64,000 nucleotides of DNA from Bacteroidales bacterium (GTDB lineage Bacteria; Bacteroidota; Bacteroidia; Bacteroidales; DTGW01), in assembly GCA_026416115.1 (NCBI GenBank), contig JAOAFU010000058.1, forward strand, positions 18,850 through 82,849. The letters are read 5' to 3'. The position numbers and the translations under genes were made by a program. Numbering within the stretch: the first letter of the stretch is position 1; every line of letters begins with the position of its first letter. Below the pieces are notes generated by a model. That model was not told the DNA's origin, did not search any database, and saw only the letters and a list, made by a program, of their open reading frames with translations. Of this stretch, positions 36,433-44,368 are shown in pieces.

Positions 36433-39400
36433 CTACTGCTTCAAGAATGGCAAAGTCAAAATATTTTCTTTATTTCGAAGCACTAAGATATATCGGCCAC
36501 TACGTAGTCCCGCAATGTTAATTTCTGCCTTAGTATCGTTGAACGAGAGAGTACATTTCCCTACAATTTTTCCCGATGCATCAACTATTATAGCATCAGT
36601 CCACTTACTGGGAGTATAATTCAAAAATATTTTTTCCTTGGCAGGATTGGGGAAAAGACTCTCTTGAATACCGGGAGAGGAAGTAGATGTAATAACCTCT
36701 GCTACCGACGACAACATTGTTCCATACACTTCGAATTCCCACAGCGAATAGCCCCAGCCAGTATTTCGTGTTGTGCAGTATAGCCGAAGATACCTTCCAT
36801 TGATACCTGAGAAATTATGAGTTTCATTTCCACCGGTGCTGTTGGTGATTGTTTTAACTGTTGTCCAGCTTATACCATTGCTCGATACATCGATAGTATA
36901 ATTTTTAGCCGAGGCGGTCTCCCACCGTAAAATAACCTGTGATATATTGTAATTGGCTTGCAGGTCGATAATAACCCACTGGGGATCTGACCATTCGCTT
37001 CCCCAGCGGGTATCGGTTTTGCCATCATTAATCAAATTTGCGCTTAACCCCGACTGCGTAGACGAAACTGTAACTGGTTTGTTGAGAGCAATATTTCCTG
37101 TTGGCAATGAATTTACAGGTGTGCCATATACCTCGAATTCCCACAGCGAATAACCCCAACCGGTATTACGAGCAGTTCCGTAAACACGAATATAACGCCC
37201 ACTCACCGCAGTGAAATTATGGGTTTCAGCTCCTCCAGTACTATTGGTTACTGTTTTTACATTCGTCCAGCTATTTCCATCGGCCGATACATCGATGGTA
37301 TAATTTTTAGCCGAAGCTGTTTCCCAACGAAGAATAACCTGTGCAATGTTAAAGTTACCCTGTAAATCAATCGTTATCCATTGCGGATCGGACCAATCGC
37401 TTCCCCAGCGGGTATCGGTTCTCCCATCGTTAACCCAAGCTGTGCTCAAACCCGTTTGTGTCGATGATGCCGTTACCGGCTTATTTAATGCAATATTACC
37501 TGTATTTGCGACAACCGTAACTTGAACCTCATCGGAGGCGCTGGCTCCTGCATTATCGGTAACTGTTATCCTAAATAGGTAGGTACCTGCCGATAGGTTT
37601 GAAAGTGAAAGGGTCGGACTATTTTGCCCAGCAAGCGTAGCATTTGATGGCCCACTAACTTGTGTCCACTGATAACCTGTAATATTACCGTCGACATCGG
37701 AAGCTGTGGCAGTTATTGTTAACGAGTTTACTGGTAAAGTAATGGTTCTATCCTCACCAGCATTAACAGTAGGAATAATATTGCCGTTTGTTCCAAGAGT
37801 TAACGTACATGTTGTAGTTGTAGAGGTTCCGTCGTTATCATACGCAACTACAGAAATAAGATGCAAACCTGTAGTCAGATTTGGTAATCTAACTGTATAG
37901 GGCGAAACCGTTGCAGTACCGAGTATAGTGCTGCCTTCACGAAATTCTACTCGGCTAATTGTACCATCATCATCGTGGGCATAGGCACATAGAGTTACAA
38001 CTGTTCCGGGTGCAAATAAGGTGTTATTTTCGGGATATAATATTGACAGGTAGGGGGGACGGTTAATACGTACTTTTGCTTCACCCATTACGTTACCCGC
38101 ACGAGCCGTCACCTTGTAGTTGCCATATACCTGTGAGGTATAATTGCCTGAGGTTGTAATGCTTCCCCTACTACATGTCCAGGTTGGATTTATAGCCATT
38201 TCTTCGCCCAGCTGATTATAACCCTTGGCAGTAAAGGTAATAGGCTGATTAAGTGCAACAACAGCCTGTTGTGGAGTTACTCTAATGCGGGTAAGTGAGG
38301 GAATAATAGATTGTCCATATACCTCAAACTCCCAAAGCGAATAACCATAGCCTGTATTCCGTTGTATGCCATACAAACGAATATAACGTGCTGTAGCATT
38401 AATATTAATTTCTTCTCTTCCTCCCATTCCGTTGGATGTAGAATAAACCGTCGTCCAATTTTGATAATCGTTCGAGGTTTCGATTCGATAGGCCTTAGCC
38501 GATGCAGCCTCCCATACCAAAACCACTTTCGATAAATTGTATTGTGCTTGTAAATCTATACTTATCCACTGAGGATCTACTCCTTGCACACTTTCCCAAC
38601 GAGTATCAGGTAATCCGTCGACGGCTTTATCGCCTTTGGATCCATCTCCAATACTCGAAGAAGTTTGCACGGGTTTTCGCCAGGCAAGATTTACTTCGCT
38701 CAGTGGCCTTATGCTTACATAGGCTGTATCGCGAACATTTCCCTTTCCGGCAAAAATCAAAAAATTCCCTGTTTGACTTGCCTTGAAAATCCCCGCAGCA
38801 GTAAAAGTACCACCACCCGTAGCAGTCCAAGTCACATCGCCTTTATAGTCGACTCCAAATTGGTCTTTACCTACAAAATCGAACACATATTCATGGCCAA
38901 GTGGTATAACTAAAGGATTTTGTTGCGTGGTAAGAGGTAAAATATCGATCTGCATCAAACGTTTTGCTTCTTCTACCACTACAGTAGCCTTGGCAACAAG
39001 TCCGTTGGCCTGTGCCACTACTGTAAATGAAGGTTCAAGATACATGCTTCCAGTAGTCGGTGTATAAACTCCGCTCGACGAAATACTACCTCTTCCAATC
39101 ACCGACCATTGCGGGTTTACACTCATCAGGTTTCCAAACTGATCATAGCCTTTTACTGTAAATTGTTGCTTCGAGGTATCCTTTACTATAGCAAAAGTGG
39201 GTTCGATTAAAATGGTAGTAAGTACAGAAGTTCCTGTTCGTTGAGGTGTACCAAAAACTTCAAACTCATAGATGGAATTTGCCCATCCGGTACCTCGTTT
39301 TTTAGCTAAAAGTCTTACATATCGACCAGTTGCAACAACGGGAATGACCTCGGTACCACCATATCCATTTGTCTGCGAATAAATAGTGGTAAAAGTGCTA

Positions 39401-42400
39401 TTATTCGACGAAACTTGAACGTCGTATATTTTGGTAAAAGCAGCTTCCCACTTAATGACAATCTTTTCGATATCGAAAGTATTTTGAAGATCAATGGTTA
39501 TCCATTCATTGTCGGTGGCAAAACTTTCCCAACGGGTAGTTTCGTCCCCATCGTTTACTTTTGCAGCCAAATTTGTAGGTTCTACCTGAGAAGATGCAGT
39601 TACTGGTTTACCAAGAGCAATGTTACATAAGGGATAAGATGTGTAGAAAGTATAGCTTCGGCTAACATTACCCGCCGATACTTTAAGTGTAAACGGACCC
39701 CCTGGTACAGTTGGAGTAAAAAGACCCGAAGCAGTAATTCCACCTCCTCCTGTAACCGACCATATTGGTACTATGGAAATCGAATCGCCGTATTGATCTT
39801 TTCCTTTTGCTCTAAGTTGATACGCTTGCCCTATTTCAAATCTGGATAAAATGGGGCTAACTTCCAAAGTAGAGAGAACCGGAGCATCTCCGACACGAAT
39901 GTTGTATGTTGCAACTAAATTGCCATTACGTGCTGTAATTGTGAAAATTCCATTAGTATTTCCAGCTGTAAATGTACCATTTGCATCAATGGTACCACCA
40001 CCCGATGTACCCCACGAAATTGCCGGATTTACTACTGCCCCATATTGATCGTAACAACGAGCGGCCAATTGAATTTTACCTCCGCGGACAACAGTTTTCG
40101 CAGGAGCTGAAATTTCGATTTTTGCCAAAGTACTATTTAACTTATGTGCAATCAATTTTCGGGGAGGAACAACAAATGAGGCATATTCAACTCCCTCACG
40201 GTAAACCCTGCAGAGTTTATCGGTATATTCAGGATTATAAACTACAACGGTAGTGGTATTTGTTCTAGAATTAAAATATACCGTACTCGAGGGTATATTT
40301 GTCCACTGATTCCACTGAATATCCCCTAAACTTCGATGTGAGTGAGTATACCAGTAACTAAAAGCATTATTGTCTGGCGCACGAGCAGTAGTTTTGTTAT
40401 TAAGCCACAGCCAGTCGAACACCGAAGCTGCACTATCGGGATCAAAAATTTGAAGATAAGAAAGGGCTATATTCCCAACTCCTGCTTCATTCCCTAAATT
40501 ACTTTCCCAACCGCCCAATGTTTTAGTGTTCCACATGGAGGTATAGTCCCATCGGGCAAAATTGAGGTCTTCGTACAAATATTTAAGAAGAGGGCTCATC
40601 GGCAGCCATTGTATTGCATGCATCCAGAACCAATCGCCCGAAAAATAGGTCCACCAACCTATCCCCTGTGTAACTAAGTTGCTGTTGTATGGGAATTTGT
40701 ACTTAGTATAATCATAGTTTCCAACACCCCCATTTGCAGGGATATGACTACGGTCGAACCAGTATTCGGCCACCGCCTGTGCTTCTTGGACATACCCAAA
40801 AATAGCCGCATTTCGCATGGCCGTGTCGTTTAATACAGTTCCTAAAAGAAACATGGCCCCCCAGGCTTGCATAGCTTCCGAAGAGGATTCTTGCCCATTT
40901 CCATTGAAATCGCCTAACCCTCCAGAAAAAGAATGCCCACACCAGGGATCCATGCTCCGAAACCATGGAAGCCGGGTGTAATTCCTGTCCCAGTTGGCAT
41001 AATCCAATACCAGCATTCTGGTAAAATCCTTGTATTTGTTCTTAAATTCCTCATCGTACATAAAAAGTATGGCAGCTGCATAAACATGATAGGCGTAACA
41101 AAATGCATGGTCCTGCAAAATATCGATGCCCGGATTTTCATTATCCCTTGTATTGAATCCCATAAATGAACCCCAACCCGGATACCATGCAAAATAATGA
41201 TAATTTTCGCCCGGTGTATAGGTGTACCAATCTTCTAATGCCTCTTTTAACTTCTTTTTAAATGCTTCAAAAGCCGACATATTACCCATCTGATGGGCTA
41301 ATTGCATATACCTTGCATAGTTCAAAATATCCTTACCTCCCCAATAGGTTTCGGTTCCATAACCGTTTTTTGTGGTATAGTTATTAATCATTTCGTTGAT
41401 CCAGTCTTTACGGAAAGGATTCTTTGCCACCGCTGTATCCTCGGGTACAGGATAAGCCGGAAGTAAACCGTTAAATGCATAAGTTATTGTAAACTTTCGT
41501 CCAACAGAACATTTCATTTTACCTCTCGGAGTCTGATATTCCCAAGAATTAAAAGTAAAGCTCCGAGTTGTCTTCTTGTAATGATGAGGTATCCAACCTT
41601 GTATTTGGTCGAGTAATGATTGGCCTCTTAAATTCTCATTTACAAGCTCCCAATAGATATCGATTTTAGCTGTATTCTCATTATATTTCCAGTTAATCTT
41701 ACTGTCGCGTGGTATCACAGGTGCATAAGTGTTAAACTGCGATAATACACTTCTCGAAGGCATAACCCCCACAACTACAAAACCATTGGAGGAAGGAAAT
41801 TTGATTTTAAGAATGTTGCCCGAAAGGGTAAATTGTGTATTAGCAGGAGTAAAAATTCCATAATGGTCGCCTTTAATTTCCACTCCAATATGATCGCCCG
41901 TATAAGGAAAAGTTATGGCGCTACCATTATCTCCAAAAAAATAGGCTGTAGCCGTATTAAGCGTATCAATTGTAATTACTGGTGAAATACCATTATACTC
42001 TGCCCAAACAAAAGGAATACCGTGTCCGAGCGTAACAGCCATCATCTTGTCGGGGTTTGTTTTATCTTTCATGACCCAATCGATAGTCCAGGCACCCCAA
42101 CGTCGTGCACGAGCACTTTCGGCACTAAAATTTTCTGCACTTATCATCAGCCGGGTACGTGAATACAAAAATCGGCCATCAGCTGTCCAGTACTTTGGAA
42201 ATTCGAGATAAAACCCATAATCCTCGGCATTAACCATAAGGGGATATGCCCAAAGATTGTCCGAATAACGTGTCGATACTAGAGTAGTCCACCAATCGGT
42301 TGAGGGTACAGCTCGGGTATTTGTATCGACAACAAAAATCTCCATATTGGGTAGTTTCTGCGACAAGTCGCCCCAACGATCGGTTCCAGTATAATAGGGC

Positions 42401-42549
42401 TTTTCGGCCTCGTGTAATGGCGGATATTCGGCATAACTGCCACCTCCAAGCTTCACGGCATTTTGCGATTGAAGATGAACGCAAAGCAATATCGTTCCGA
42501 TCATCCCAATCCATCTTTTAAATTCTAGTTTTTTCATGGCGAGTAACAT
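36433..42549 (-). CDS. Giant secreted multidomain glycoside hydrolase: GH81-like endo-beta-1,3-glucanase + Big_2 Ig-like domains + four F5/8 type C (discoidin/CBM32-like) domains + PKD-like domain + T9SS C-terminal domain
   Basis: 2038 aa. The N-terminal ~800 aa contain DILQDHAFCYAYHVYAAAILF and GNGQESSSEAMQAWGAMF. These resemble the GH81 DHHFHYGY and ESSSEA catalytic blocks, with the two Glu four residues apart. Four discoidin-type units each carry N(I/L)A(L/W).KPV..SS...D....TRW.S......W..IDLQ...GYSLWEFEVYG. Several Big_2-like units (for example GTFTAGNTNGIFTITA) are present. The PKD-like unit is NAGEDRTITLP...TVTDNAGASASDEVQVTV. The protein ends LFPNPAKEKIFL...RYILVLRNKENILTLPFLKQ. Confidence 0.7.
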   Translation of the reverse strand: MLLAMKKLEFKRWIGMIGTILLCVHLQSQNAVKLGGGSYAEYPPLHEAEKPYYTGTDRWGDLSQKLPNMEIFVVDTNTRAVPSTDWWTTLVSTRYSDNLWAYPLMVNAEDYGFYLEFPKYWTADGRFLYSRTRLMISAENFSAESARARRWGAWTIDWVMKDKTNPDKMMAVTLGHGIPFVWAEYNGISPVITIDTLNTATAYFFGDNGSAITFPYTGDHIGVEIKGDHYGIFTPANTQFTLSGNILKIKFPSSNGFVVVGVMPSRSVLSQFNTYAPVIPRDSKINWKYNENTAKIDIYWELVNENLRGQSLLDQIQGWIPHHYKKTTRSFTFNSWEYQTPRGKMKCSVGRKFTITYAFNGLLPAYPVPEDTAVAKNPFRKDWINEMINNYTTKNGYGTETYWGGKDILNYARYMQLAHQMGNMSAFEAFKKKLKEALEDWYTYTPGENYHYFAWYPGWGSFMGFNTRDNENPGIDILQDHAFCYAYHVYAAAILFMYDEEFKNKYKDFTRMLVLDYANWDRNYTRLPWFRSMDPWCGHSFSGGLGDFNGNGQESSSEAMQAWGAMFLLGTVLNDTAMRNAAIFGYVQEAQAVAEYWFDRSHIPANGGVGNYDYTKYKFPYNSNLVTQGIGWWTYFSGDWFWMHAIQWLPMSPLLKYLYEDLNFARWDYTSMWNTKTLGGWESNLGNEAGVGNIALSYLQIFDPDSAASVFDWLWLNNKTTARAPDNNAFSYWYTHSHRSLGDIQWNQWTNIPSSTVYFNSRTNTTTVVVYNPEYTDKLCRVYREGVEYASFVVPPRKLIAHKLNSTLAKIEISAPAKTVVRGGKIQLAARCYDQYGAVVNPAISWGTSGGGTIDANGTFTAGNTNGIFTITARNGNLVATYNIRVGDAPVLSTLEVSPILSRFEIGQAYQLRAKGKDQYGDSISIVPIWSVTGGGGITASGLFTPTVPGGPFTLKVSAGNVSRSYTFYTSYPLCNIALGKPVTASSQVEPTNLAAKVNDGDETTRWESFATDNEWITIDLQNTFDIEKIVIKWEAAFTKIYDVQVSSNNSTFTTIYSQTNGYGGTEVIPVVATGRYVRLLAKKRGTGWANSIYEFEVFGTPQRTGTSVLTTILIEPTFAIVKDTSKQQFTVKGYDQFGNLMSVNPQWSVIGRGSISSSGVYTPTTGSMYLEPSFTVVAQANGLVAKATVVVEEAKRLMQIDILPLTTQQNPLVIPLGHEYVFDFVGKDQFGVDYKGDVTWTATGGGTFTAAGIFKASQTGNFLIFAGKGNVRDTAYVSIRPLSEVNLAWRKPVQTSSSIGDGSKGDKAVDGLPDTRWESVQGVDPQWISIDLQAQYNLSKVVLVWEAASAKAYRIETSNDYQNWTTVYSTSNGMGGREEININATARYIRLYGIQRNTGYGYSLWEFEVYGQSIIPSLTRIRVTPQQAVVALNQPITFTAKGYNQLGEEMAINPTWTCSRGSITTSGNYTSQVYGNYKVTARAGNVMGEAKVRINRPPYLSILYPENNTLFAPGTVVTLCAYAHDDDGTISRVEFREGSTILGTATVSPYTVRLPNLTTGLHLISVVAYDNDGTSTTTTCTLTLGTNGNIIPTVNAGEDRTITLPVNSLTITATASDVDGNITGYQWTQVSGPSNATLAGQNSPTLSLSNLSAGTYLFRITVTDNAGASASDEVQVTVVANTGNIALNKPVTASSTQTGLSTAWVNDGRTDTRWGSDWSDPQWITIDLQGNFNIAQVILRWETASAKNYTIDVSADGNSWTNVKTVTNSTGGAETHNFTAVSGRYIRVYGTARNTGWGYSLWEFEVYGTPVNSLPTGNIALNKPVTVSSTQSGLSANLINDGKTDTRWGSEWSDPQWVIIDLQANYNISQVILRWETASAKNYTIDVSSNGISWTTVKTITNSTGGNETHNFSGINGRYLRLYCTTRNTGWGYSLWEFEVYGTMLSSVAEVITSTSSPGIQESLFPNPAKEKIFLNYTPSKWTDAIIVDASGKIVGKCTLSFNDTKAEINIAGLRSGRYILVLRNKENILTLPFLKQ
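36694..37497 (-). repeat. Tandem duplication of a 402-nt (134-codon) discoidin-domain unit
   Basis: The NIALNKPVT(A/V)SS anchors have their Asn codons at 37497 and 37095, exactly 402 nt apart. The two copies are clearly more similar to each other than to the two upstream discoidin units. Confidence 0.85.
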
Positions 42550-42803
42550 TTTGGTTAGCTCAACAAACTTACATTGGCAGACACGGTTTTACACCTTTCG
42601 AACCACTGCATATATTCTCAGAATTACTGCATTAATACTGCAGGTGGCCATCGAGACCTACTTATTTACTTAAATGACAGCATTTTGAATAAAAAATCAG
42701 CTAATTTGACACCTGTAAATACTGGAAAACTGTCATTATGGCATAAAATCAAGTTGGTATATAGTTTGCTAAAATATAGGGTGAAAACAAGAAACTAAAA
42801 AAG

Positions 42804-42812
42804 AAAGGAGGG
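42804..42812 (+). promoter_or_regulatory. Canonical Shine-Dalgarno (AAAGGAGGG) 8 nt upstream of the hsp20 ATG
   Basis: GGAGG is at 42807-42811 and the ATG at 42820. I did not see a comparable GGAGG at the other start sites I inspected in this window. Confidence 0.6.
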
Positions 42813-42819
42813 TTGAGCT

Positions 42820-43248
42820 ATGTTGGCACTGAGAAACATTAACACTCTACCAAGCCTGGTAGAAGAATTCTTCAACAACGACTTCCCCTTCTCTTGGTTA
42901 CGTACCTGGAGCACTTCGAGTGTTCCTGCAGTTAACATCGCTGAAAATAAAGACGAATACCGTATCGAAGTAGCGGCACCGGGTTTGGACAAGGATGATT
43001 TCAAAGTGAACATAGAAGATGACACCCTTACCATCTCGGCCAATAAGGAAGTTAAGAAAGAAGAAAAAGACGAAACCTACACTCGTCGCGAATTCTCATA
43101 TACTTCCTTTAGCCGCTCATTTAATTTACCCGATACGGTCGATAGCGAAAAAATTAAAGCTGAACACAAAAACGGAGTGCTTACTATTTACGTACCAAAG
43201 AAGGAAGAAGTAAAAAAGAAACTCTCGCGCGAAGTGAAAATTTCATAA
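42820..43248 (+). CDS. Small heat-shock protein, Hsp20/alpha-crystallin family
   Basis: 142 aa. The alpha-crystallin core is PAVNIAENKDEYRIEVAAPGLDKDDFKVNIEDDTLTISA...FSRSFNLPDTVDSEKIKAEHKNGVLTIYVPK. Confidence 0.9.
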   Translation: MLALRNINTLPSLVEEFFNNDFPFSWLRTWSTSSVPAVNIAENKDEYRIEVAAPGLDKDDFKVNIEDDTLTISANKEVKKEEKDETYTRREFSYTSFSRSFNLPDTVDSEKIKAEHKNGVLTIYVPKKEEVKKKLSREVKIS

Positions 43249-43272
43249 AGTATCGTGAGCATGCCTACGTAC

Positions 43273-43309
43273 AAAAGGCTCCCCAATCGGGAGCCTTTTG
43301 TGTTTTTTG
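43273..43309 (+). terminator. Rho-independent terminator after hsp20
   Basis: AAAAGGCUCCC-CAAUC-GGGAGCCUUUU is followed by GUGUUUUUU. Confidence 0.85.
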
Positions 43310-43433
43310 ATCATTTTGAGCAGTACTTTAAGCTTTAAGCACAATACTAGGAAATGTCTTTTCCAAAAACATTACTTTTACATCAACAAAAAACTTGTTG
43401 TTCCAAAATTAAATTGACAAACTACAAAAAGCT

Positions 43434-44195
43434 ATGGATTCGGTTTTTTTTGTCCTATCAAAGCTACTGTTTTTTGCACTCAGCCCCATGGTATGGATAG
43501 GGTTATTTTTGATACTTTCGTTTTGTATAAAGGACGATAAACTAAGTAAAAAACTGCGCATTATTGCATTATTGATATTTTTATTCTTTTCCAATTCAGC
43601 AATTCAGTCCACATTTATGCGATGGTGGGAGATCAATACTCCTCCTGCCGATTCTTTAAATCAAAAATATACCTATGCTGTGGTATTAGGTGGAATGGCC
43701 GATCGCGATCCCCACTCTGGCAAACTTATTATCGAACGTAGTATCGACCGAATAATTCAGGCAATCATTCTTTATAAAGCAGAAAAAGTAGACAAAATTG
43801 TTATAACAGGAGGATCGGGAGAGCTATTAAATCAGGACAAAAAGGAATCGATTGAATTAAAAAAATTTTGCGAACAGCTCGGTGTATCACCAAACGACAT
43901 CATAATAGAAGCAGCTTCGCGTAATACTTTCGAAAATGCGAAGTACACAAAAAATATAATCCCTTACAAAGAAGAGCGTATTCTGCTTATCACTTCCGCT
44001 TTCCATATGAGGCGTTCGAGTGCAATCTTTAAAAAAGCGGGTTATAACTTCGATATACTTAGTACCGACCCAATTGCTTCACGGCTCCGACTCGATGATT
44101 ATTTTTTACCAAAAGCCAAAGCCATTGATAACTGGATAGTTTTATTAAAAGAAGTGGCTGGATATTTGAGTTACAAGTTGGTAGGTTACTTGTAG
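43434..44195 (+). CDS. DUF218 / YdcF-ElyC-family membrane-associated protein
   Basis: 253 aa with N-terminal TM helices. YAVVLGG and LITSAFHMRRS are typical DUF218 motifs. Confidence 0.75.
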   Translation: MDSVFFVLSKLLFFALSPMVWIGLFLILSFCIKDDKLSKKLRIIALLIFLFFSNSAIQSTFMRWWEINTPPADSLNQKYTYAVVLGGMADRDPHSGKLIIERSIDRIIQAIILYKAEKVDKIVITGGSGELLNQDKKESIELKKFCEQLGVSPNDIIIEAASRNTFENAKYTKNIIPYKEERILLITSAFHMRRSSAIFKKAGYNFDILSTDPIASRLRLDDYFLPKAKAIDNWIVLLKEVAGYLSYKLVGYL

Positions 44196-44224
44196 AAAAA
44201 AATGAATTGAAAATAAAAAAATTG

Positions 44225-44232
44225 TACCTTTG
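44225..44232 (+). promoter_or_regulatory. Candidate -7 box TACCTTTG upstream of the carB leader
   Basis: Matches TAnnTTTG and lies 137 nt upstream of the carB ATG, after the DUF218 stop at 44195. Confidence 0.35.
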
Positions 44233-44314
44233 CAAAAATTAAGCAGAAGTGATTTTAACAATACAAAAATACAAGCTATCTGGATTTTACTTGGAGATTA
44301 AAATATTTTTTAAC

Positions 44315-44345
44315 AAGCCCCTTATTTTTTAAGGGGCTTTTTTTT
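44315..44345 (+). terminator. Intrinsic-terminator hairpin 23 nt upstream of the carB start; either the terminator of the upstream gene or a carB leader attenuator
   Basis: AAGCCCCUU-AUUUUUU-AAGGGGCUU is a perfect 9-bp stem. After the GGGGC core comes an 8-U run, the first two U of which complete the stem, giving a 6-U tail. Confidence 0.7.
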
Positions 44346-44368
44346 GGACTAAAATAAAAAAAGTAACT

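Noticed and set aside
42672-42737. 8-bp inverted repeat AATGACAG...CTGTCATT upstream of hsp20, considered as a heat-shock operator or RNA thermometer
   Set aside because: The arms are short and 50 nt apart. They do not pair with the SD region, and I found no CIRCE- or ROSE-like sequence.
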